This document shows positions 58,149 to 64,000 of a stretch of DNA of 64,000 nucleotides, in pieces (position 1 is the first letter of the stretch; the number at the start of each line of letters is the position of its first letter). The notes under the pieces were generated by a model that worked only from the letters and a program-made list of their open reading frames with translations, was not told the origin of the DNA and did no database searches. The stretch covers positions 1 to 64,000 of the forward strand of contig JANOAV010000028.1 of assembly GCA_031411295.1 (NCBI GenBank), given 5' to 3'. Both the position numbers and the translations under genes were made by a program. Origin of the DNA: Verrucomicrobiales bacterium (lineage in GTDB: Bacteria > Verrucomicrobiota > Verrucomicrobiia > Verrucomicrobiales > V1-33).

Positions 58149-58256
58149 GGGCGCGCTCAGTGGCGGCGGATTTCGCGGTTTCTGATCACGCGTCCGCCCT
58201 GAAATTACATTTGGCGCAGATAGGCCATGCTTTGCTGGATGCTGGCAATCGAGGCG

Positions 58257-58802
58257 GGCGATGGTGAAATCCGCGCTCAGGTCCTTTCCTTCACTGGCGG
58301 TGCCATCGCTAGCACGGGTGTTATCATCCGCGAAACCACAGCCGTCGGATCACGCGAGGTTAGCTTGGAGATCGAGAACGGAAATATCGTCTCGAATACC
58401 CGCACTGGCTCCAACAGCAATGCTTCGACCATCACCATCGGGGCGGCCAATACCGCGCCAAACACTTGGCTGCGCTTAAGCAAGAGCAGCACTACGATTA
58501 ACGCCTACCGTTCCTCCGACGGTAACACGTGGACGCTCGTGAACACCCAATCCATCAGCTTCCCCACCGCCGGGCTGGCTGGCCTGTGGACCACTGGTGG
58601 CAATACTACCAGCTTGGCAACCACAGTGACCAAGAACGTCAGCGTGACGCCATTTCCTGCGCCTTGGGTCAATAACCAAATCGGCAACGTCAGTGCGCTC
58701 ACTTCATCAGAGGCTTACAATAGCGTTTACACCATCAACGGAGCGGGCACCATGGGTGGATCGAGTTCCGAAGCGAGGACTTATTTGAATCAGACCTTGA
58801 CA
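58257..58802 (+). pseudogene. Isolated fragment of a ConA-like (DUF1349-type) repeat protein
   Basis: GDGEIRAQV..GVIIRE..WLRL..SSDGNTW..AGL..NV..PAPW..IG..YTINGAG..NQTLT; no signal peptide and both ends fall mid-domain. Confidence 0.65.
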
Positions 58803-58852
58803 GTATTATCCCTTAGGGGCGGAATCGCAAGAATTCACCTTCGTTTAAAAAA

Positions 58853-58932
58853 GTAGTTATGGACTTTAGTCCGTAATCTAGTTAGTATCCTTTCCAAAAT
58901 TGATGGCGGTGCGGACTAAAGTCCGGCACCAC
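58853..58932. repeat. Inverted GTAG-type REP pair
   Basis: GTAGTTATGGACTTTAGTCCG ... CGGACTAAAGTCCGGCACCAC, with a perfect 13-bp complementary core. Confidence 0.6.
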
Positions 58933-58954
58933 TTTCTGTAGCGACCTTCCTCCT

Positions 58955-59701
58955 ATGACCACCCTTCGCCAACAGGCTCTCCGCTGGACTGGGGTGCTTA
59001 TGCTCGGTGGGGGAGTGGCGTATTGGTGGAGTCAGCAGGGCAAAATCAGCCAGACCAAGACCATAACCCCAGTGACCGTAGTAGCTTATGCCGTTCCTCC
59101 AGCAGTTGCCCTCTCCGCGCAGACCACATTTGAGCAAACGCTGGCACAGCTTCCACCAGACCCAGCGGAAGCAGAGCCTGGACTGCGGGAGGCCCTGGGG
59201 GAATGGGCGATCTCCGATCCCATCGCGGCACGGAATTGGCTCACGGAGCATGTGCCTTCAGATCCTGAAACGCAGGCTGCTCGGCAGGCTGCCGTCGCCA
59301 TCAGTTGGGCCGAGCAGGATCCTGCCAGTGCTGCCAGTTACGTGCGGCAGGAAATTCCCGCCTCCTTGCCGCAAAATCATGCCTTTGTGGCCGTCGTGCA
59401 GCGCTGGGCGCAGCAGGATGGCCCGGCGGCTGCTCAATTTATTTTCCAGATCCCCGACGGTCCCGTGCGCCTGAATGCGGCCACGGAACTTATCGCAGCG
59501 TGGGCGGACCAAGACACCCTGCCGCCCGCGCAGTGGATTGAGCGTCTTCCCGTCTCGCCCCTCCGAGATGCGTGCACCGACCGACTCGCCCGAGAGCTTG
59601 CTACCGAGGCTCCAGAGGCCGCTCAGGCTTGGGCGGAGAGGATTAGCAATAAGGAAATGCGCGCCAAGTGTTTGGCTGCCCTGGCTGAACTATCTCTCTG
59701 A
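58955..59701 (+). CDS. Membrane-anchored helical repeat protein (W..QDP..AA.W repeats)
   Basis: N-terminal TM; five repeats such as WAISDPIAARNWL, WAEQDPASAASY, WAQQDGPAAAQF. Confidence 0.8.
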   Translation: MTTLRQQALRWTGVLMLGGGVAYWWSQQGKISQTKTITPVTVVAYAVPPAVALSAQTTFEQTLAQLPPDPAEAEPGLREALGEWAISDPIAARNWLTEHVPSDPETQAARQAAVAISWAEQDPASAASYVRQEIPASLPQNHAFVAVVQRWAQQDGPAAAQFIFQIPDGPVRLNAATELIAAWADQDTLPPAQWIERLPVSPLRDACTDRLARELATEAPEAAQAWAERISNKEMRAKCLAALAELSL

Positions 59702-59801
59702 ATTGCGCATTATTGCAATACTGCGCAGCAGTGGTGAAAATAGATGGACAAGCAGCTCATTTCATGGCATGCTTAAACTCGGTTAACTACTAACTAATCC
59801 C

Positions 59802-60815
59802 ATGCGCAAACTATCCCTCGTTTTTCTCCTCACACTTTTCATGGGATCGATCGCGACGTCGTCACTCCACGCTGATTCAGAGAGTGACAAAAAGGAGGAC
59901 GGGAAAAAAGCGACGAGCGAGGACTGTCGTTTACCGAATTTTGCGAAATGGACCTTCACGGATGTCTTGGGGCCGGATGGATCTGGACGCACTGCGGTCG
60001 CTGGAGTGAACAACAAGGGAACCGTTTTGGGGACCTACAACGATCTGATCACGGGTCAGCCCCGGGGGTATTTGTTTGATGCCAAGAATCGTTACCAACT
60101 GATCACCATCAACCTTGCTGGCCAAAGGGATCTATCTAGTTCCTTCACCTGCCTTGATGACGAGAACAAAGCCTATGGAGTCTGCTATGACAGCGATGGC
60201 GTCAGTCGAGGGTTCGTCTGGAGTAATGGTAAAACGAAGGAACTCGTCTATCCCGGAGCCTATTTTGTGTATCCCCAGACCGTTTCCTCCGATGGCACCC
60301 TGCTGGTGAACGTTTATTCCTACAACGCGATTGGGGATACGATCATTTCGACGTTTACTTACGATAAGCGCGGCTATCGTGCGCTGCCCACGGTTCCACC
60401 ATTCACGGATTATGGCTTCTCCAGCATTAATGTAGATGGGGATCTGCTGGGAGTGGCTGTCACTTTGTTGGCGGATGAGGTGACGCTCGAACGCACGGAT
60501 TTTGTTTTGACGAATCGAGGCCGCCGTTTTGTTGAATTGCCCGTGATTGCAGGAAATCGGACGACGTATCCGCAAGTCCTGACGGACGAAGGAATTGTCT
60601 TCGGCACCAGTTACAATAATGATGACAATGCCGGTATTCCAGGATTTGCGCGTCCGGTCGCCTTCGCTTTGTGCTCGGATGGTGACAGCGTGCAACTGCT
60701 GCGCCATCCCAATGACCAACTGGGCACCACGCTTTCAACTGCCTCCAGCAAGGCGTTTGCTGGAGTTTATCTTGATGCGGATTTCAGGGAACACCCCTTT
60801 GTCGCTCGTAAATAA
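59802..60815 (+). CDS. Secreted beta-repeat protein (HAF-repeat-like)
   Basis: Signal peptide; repeats GVNNKGTVLG..RGYL, LDDENKAYG..RGFVW, INVDGDLLG, LTDEGIVFG..HPF. Confidence 0.7.
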   Translation: MRKLSLVFLLTLFMGSIATSSLHADSESDKKEDGKKATSEDCRLPNFAKWTFTDVLGPDGSGRTAVAGVNNKGTVLGTYNDLITGQPRGYLFDAKNRYQLITINLAGQRDLSSSFTCLDDENKAYGVCYDSDGVSRGFVWSNGKTKELVYPGAYFVYPQTVSSDGTLLVNVYSYNAIGDTIISTFTYDKRGYRALPTVPPFTDYGFSSINVDGDLLGVAVTLLADEVTLERTDFVLTNRGRRFVELPVIAGNRTTYPQVLTDEGIVFGTSYNNDDNAGIPGFARPVAFALCSDGDSVQLLRHPNDQLGTTLSTASSKAFAGVYLDADFREHPFVARK

Positions 60816-60898
60816 ATAGTCCTGTGACTGTGGACTCCGTTGGATTCCCCACATGAGATGGAGCCCCTTCAAACGGAGTCTCACTAACCTAGATGGTA

Positions 60899-60989
60899 AT
60901 TCGCAAATCGCTATTCGTAAATCCTGCCCGGCAACCGGGCCCGACCACTTTGAATCACGAGTAACGAATGACTATTTACGATTTGCGAG
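60899..60989. repeat. Inverted arrays of degenerate heptamer repeats around a GC hairpin
   Basis: TCGCAAA-TCGCTAT-TCGTAAA ... GCCCGG-caa-CCGGGC ... TAACGAA-TGACTAT-TTACGAT-TTGCGAG. Confidence 0.5.
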
Positions 60990-61288
60990 GGCTGGGGTTC
61001 TGGGTATCGGGGGCCGGGAGTTCAGGCGCTGGCTTCCACTAAAGCGATCGTTTCCAGGGTCAGGCCGTAGCGAGCAATAGTGATCTAACCACTCATACAG
61101 AGGCAGACTGAATGAATAAACCGTCATGCCGACACGGGATTACGGACGGTCTCGGCGGGGGTAGGTGAGATAAATGTCATTGCAGCAAAGGGCCGCTCGG
61201 TTGACTTTGTAAGAATAAACGATCTGCTGGCCCGGGACCCAAAAATCCTATCACATCACTTGAAGAGAAACCACCATCGTCTGGGAAG

Positions 61289-61669
61289 GTGTTACCTTTC
61301 CCGGAACGAGGTTGTGGCCAATGCGTGCTTGCTAATCCGCAGGGTGAAGGATTGGATCATCAGCGGTTTCTCGCTGGTCTGAAGCCCCATGCGCCCTATG
61401 CCGGTTTTTCGTTTCTACCCAAAGCCTTGCAACGCTGGCGGGAGCGGAGGGGGCTAAAGATTAGCGCAGCGGCTCAGGGGTTGGGAGCAGCAGCATCGAC
61501 GTGGGGGCATTGGGAAACGGGATTTCGCTTCCCCACGGGGAGTGTGTTGTTGGACTTGGTGCAATATACCGGGCTGTCGCTGGTGGAATTGGTCTGCGAG
61601 CACGGTGAAAATTGCCCGCTGCACCATCAAATCAAGGGGTGCCCACCCGGCTCACTGCCGGGAGCCTGA
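61289..61669 (+). CDS. XRE-family HTH protein
   Basis: LQRWRERRGLKISAAAQGLGAAASTWGHWETGFRFP; start uncertain. Confidence 0.7.
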   Translation: MLPFPERGCGQCVLANPQGEGLDHQRFLAGLKPHAPYAGFSFLPKALQRWRERRGLKISAAAQGLGAAASTWGHWETGFRFPTGSVLLDLVQYTGLSLVELVCEHGENCPLHHQIKGCPPGSLPGA

Positions 61670-61816
61670 GAAAAGGAACCGCTGAGAACGCTGAGCGTTA
61701 GTCCGGACCTGCCGCTTGCAAGCCAGCTCGGTCTTTCGCCTCACCGTCGTTTGCAGTTATCCACAATTTCCTTCCCGACGTTCCACTGCGATCTTGCAAA
61801 TGATGAATCGATACAG

Positions 61817-61835
61817 TCTTAGCGGTTTCTTAGCG
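61817..61835 (+). promoter_or_regulatory. OmpR/KdpE-type direct-repeat site upstream of the kdp operon
   Basis: TCTTAGCG-gtt-TCTTAGCG, 11-bp period. Confidence 0.45.
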
Positions 61836-61996
61836 CTTAGATGATCGACCTTTAGGTGCCGAGTGGTTTGGCTTGAGGTAGTTCTATGTCAAGATGAAAA
61901 CTGCTGATTTGTTTGAACTGGTCCTCAACAGAGGAACTTTCAGCGACACAGTTGGTAATCCCCACCACGATCAAAAATCCCATCCTGCCACGCCTC

Positions 61997-62080
61997 ATGA
62001 ACGATCTCCTCTACCTCGGAATCACCACTGGTTTCTTCATTGTCAGCGCTCTCTACGTGCGCTTCTGTGAGCAACTTTAA
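61997..62080 (+). CDS. 27-aa single-TM peptide upstream of kdpF
   Basis: MNDLLYLGITTGFFIVSALYVRFCEQL*; tightly packed with kdpF; below the ORF-track cutoff. Confidence 0.7.
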   Translation: MNDLLYLGITTGFFIVSALYVRFCEQL

Positions 62081-62092
62081 CCCTACACCATC

Positions 62093-62176
62093 ATGGAAAA
62101 CATCATCGTTGGGCTGATCGCCCTGGGCCTCTTTGCCTACCTCTTCGTGGCCATGATCAAGCCTGAGAAATTCTAA
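62093..62176 (+). CDS. kdpF: K+-transporting ATPase subunit F
   Basis: MENIIVGLIALGLFAYLFVAMIKPEKF* with the YL..A...PEKF signature, directly before kdpA. Confidence 0.92.
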   Translation: MENIIVGLIALGLFAYLFVAMIKPEKF

Positions 62177-62188
62177 CTTTACCCCACC

Positions 62189-64000
62189 ATGCACTCGACT
62201 GATTGGCTTCAATTCGCACTCTTCATTGGGCTGCTTGCTCTCATCACTAAACCACTCGGCATCTTCCTCACGCAGGTGCTGGATGCGAATGGCAAGACAT
62301 TCCTCGATCCTGTGATCCGTCCGCTCGAACGGCTAACATTTTCGCTCATGGGCCTGGACCGTAACAAGGAGCAGGGCTGGAAGCAATACACTCTGGCCAT
62401 GCTATTGTTCAGCCTGGTAGGCGTTGTGTTCACCTATCTGATTTTACGATATCAGCATCTGCTGCCGCTCAATCCGCAGAACCTGCCGGGGCTGAGCGAT
62501 CACCTTGCCTTCAACACGGTGGTGAGCTTCACCACCAACACTAACTGGCAAAGCTACGGAGGTGAAGCGACGATGAGTTACTTCTCGCAGATGGTCGGGT
62601 TGACCATTCATAATTTCACTTCGGCGGCGGTCGGCATTTCTATTGCGGCGGCACTCGTGCGTGGCATAGCGCGGCATTCCGCAGCAACACTGGGTAACTT
62701 CTGGGTCGATCTGGTGCGGACCACTTATTACCTGCTGCTGCCGATCTGCGCGGTCTTTGCCCTCTTCCTGGTTGCTCAGGGGATTCCGCAAAATTTCAAA
62801 CCCTACGATACCGCCAAGCTAACCGAACCACAGACGGTGCAGGTGGCTAAGTTGGATGCGAGCAATGAGCCGGTCTTGGACAAAGACAACAAGCCCGTGA
62901 TGGAAGACAAAGTCATCACCGAGCAAACCATTGTGCAAGGCCCGATGGCCTCACAGGTTGCCATCAAGATGCTCGGAACAAATGGCGGCGGTTATGTGAA
63001 TGCCAATGCCGCTCATCCGTTTGAGAACCCGACGCCACTGTCAAACTTCCTCCAGATGCTCTCGATCTTTTCGATTGGGAGTGCGCTGACTTACTACCTC
63101 GGCCGCATGACCAAGAACCAAGCGCACGGCTGGTCTGTCTGGACAGCGATGATGGCCTTGTTTGTGGTCGGTGTGCTGGTGTGTGCACATTACGAAGCAG
63201 TGGGAAATCCGATCCATCAGCAACTCGGGATCGCAGCGGGCGACGGCAACATGGAGGGCAAAGAGGTGCGCTTCGGCATCTTCAACTCCTCGCTTTTTGC
63301 CACCACCACGACCGCCGCCTCATGCGGTGCAGTCAATGCCATGCACGACTCATTCACGCCCATCGGCGGGCTGGTTCCGTTGTTCATGATCGAGTTGGGT
63401 GAGGAGGTCATCGGCGGGGTCGGTTCAGGGCTTTATGGCATGCTCGTCTTTGTCGTGCTTGCCGTCTTCATCGCTGGGCTTATGGTAGGCCGCACGCCGG
63501 AGTATCTGGGCAAAAAGATCCAGGCCTTTGATGTGAAGATGGCCATGCTCTCGCTGTTAGTGCTGTGCCTCTCGATCCTCGGCTTCACTGCCTATGCCGT
63601 GGCGAGCGATTGGGGGCTCGCGGGCTTGAACAACTCTGGACCGCATGGTTTCAGCGAGATTCTCTACGCGTTCAGTTCCGCCACCGGTAACAACGGCAGC
63701 GCCTTTGCAGGCCTCACTGCCAACCCTGCCAATGGTGATCCGCATTACAATCTCACGCTTGGTCTGGCGATGCTCATCGGACGTTTCCTGATGATTGTGC
63801 CTATCATGGCGCTCGCTGGATCGCTCGTGAAGAAAAATATCGCCCCACCGAGTGCGGGCACTTTTCCTGTCAATGGCGCCACTTTCACCCTCCTGCTCAT
63901 CGGCACGGTGGTGCTCATCGGTGCGCTGAATTTCCTTCCCGCCCTAGCGCTGGGCCCCATCGTTGAGCACTTCCTCATGCTCAAAGATCTTTTGTTCTAA
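62189..64000 (+). CDS. kdpA: K+-transporting ATPase subunit A
   Basis: SFTTNTNWQSYGGE, LGTNGGG, NMEGKEVRFG, GRTPEYLGKKI, NNGSAFAG; the stop codon is at the window end. Confidence 0.99.
   Translation: MHSTDWLQFALFIGLLALITKPLGIFLTQVLDANGKTFLDPVIRPLERLTFSLMGLDRNKEQGWKQYTLAMLLFSLVGVVFTYLILRYQHLLPLNPQNLPGLSDHLAFNTVVSFTTNTNWQSYGGEATMSYFSQMVGLTIHNFTSAAVGISIAAALVRGIARHSAATLGNFWVDLVRTTYYLLLPICAVFALFLVAQGIPQNFKPYDTAKLTEPQTVQVAKLDASNEPVLDKDNKPVMEDKVITEQTIVQGPMASQVAIKMLGTNGGGYVNANAAHPFENPTPLSNFLQMLSIFSIGSALTYYLGRMTKNQAHGWSVWTAMMALFVVGVLVCAHYEAVGNPIHQQLGIAAGDGNMEGKEVRFGIFNSSLFATTTTAASCGAVNAMHDSFTPIGGLVPLFMIELGEEVIGGVGSGLYGMLVFVVLAVFIAGLMVGRTPEYLGKKIQAFDVKMAMLSLLVLCLSILGFTAYAVASDWGLAGLNNSGPHGFSEILYAFSSATGNNGSAFAGLTANPANGDPHYNLTLGLAMLIGRFLMIVPIMALAGSLVKKNIAPPSAGTFPVNGATFTLLLIGTVVLIGALNFLPALALGPIVEHFLMLKDLLF

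Noticed and set aside
60850..61990. c-di-AMP (ydaO) riboswitch upstream of kdp
   Set aside because: Only scattered fragments (GGAACCG, GGGACCC) are present; the ordered conserved elements such as GAATCC, TGGGG..AATC and CAGCTAAC were not found. An Infernal scan would be decisive.

Overview
GC-rich bacterial chromosome segment, most likely Verrucomicrobiota/PVC (inferred from DUF1501/DUF1800, planctomycete-type cytochrome c, YHYH, SASA esterases and many secreted proteins with DxDxDG..EYAFGxNP tails). Housekeeping and stress genes: rplM-rpsI, a TetR(NemR-like)-thioredoxin-old yellow enzyme unit, GTP-type PEP carboxykinase, an L,D-transpeptidase with a DUF1460 amidase, recF and the start of a kdpFA operon. 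Between them are an accessory carbohydrate/sulfatase region (15-29 kb) and a cluster of large secreted proteins (33.6-60.8 kb). Main observations: (1) a WD40-propeller sensor histidine kinase next to a REC-HTH response regulator, with an 18-bp near-palindrome (STGTGCnTTYCGCGCACA) found 7 times at 44.7-58.1 kb, mostly just upstream of gene starts, suggesting an undescribed regulon that includes a C10-like cysteine protease and a hydrazine-synthase-alpha-like heme protein; (2) a shared terminal module in seven unrelated secreted proteins, a candidate surface-anchoring or sorting domain; (3) decay and mobility scars: a cytochrome c/DUF1501 deletion fusion, a frameshifted PDH E1-alpha paralog, a MITE with perfect TIRs and a 10-bp TSD, and a MITE nested in a palindrome. 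No tRNA, rRNA or CRISPR array was recognised. All family calls come from motif recognition by eye, not from database searches.
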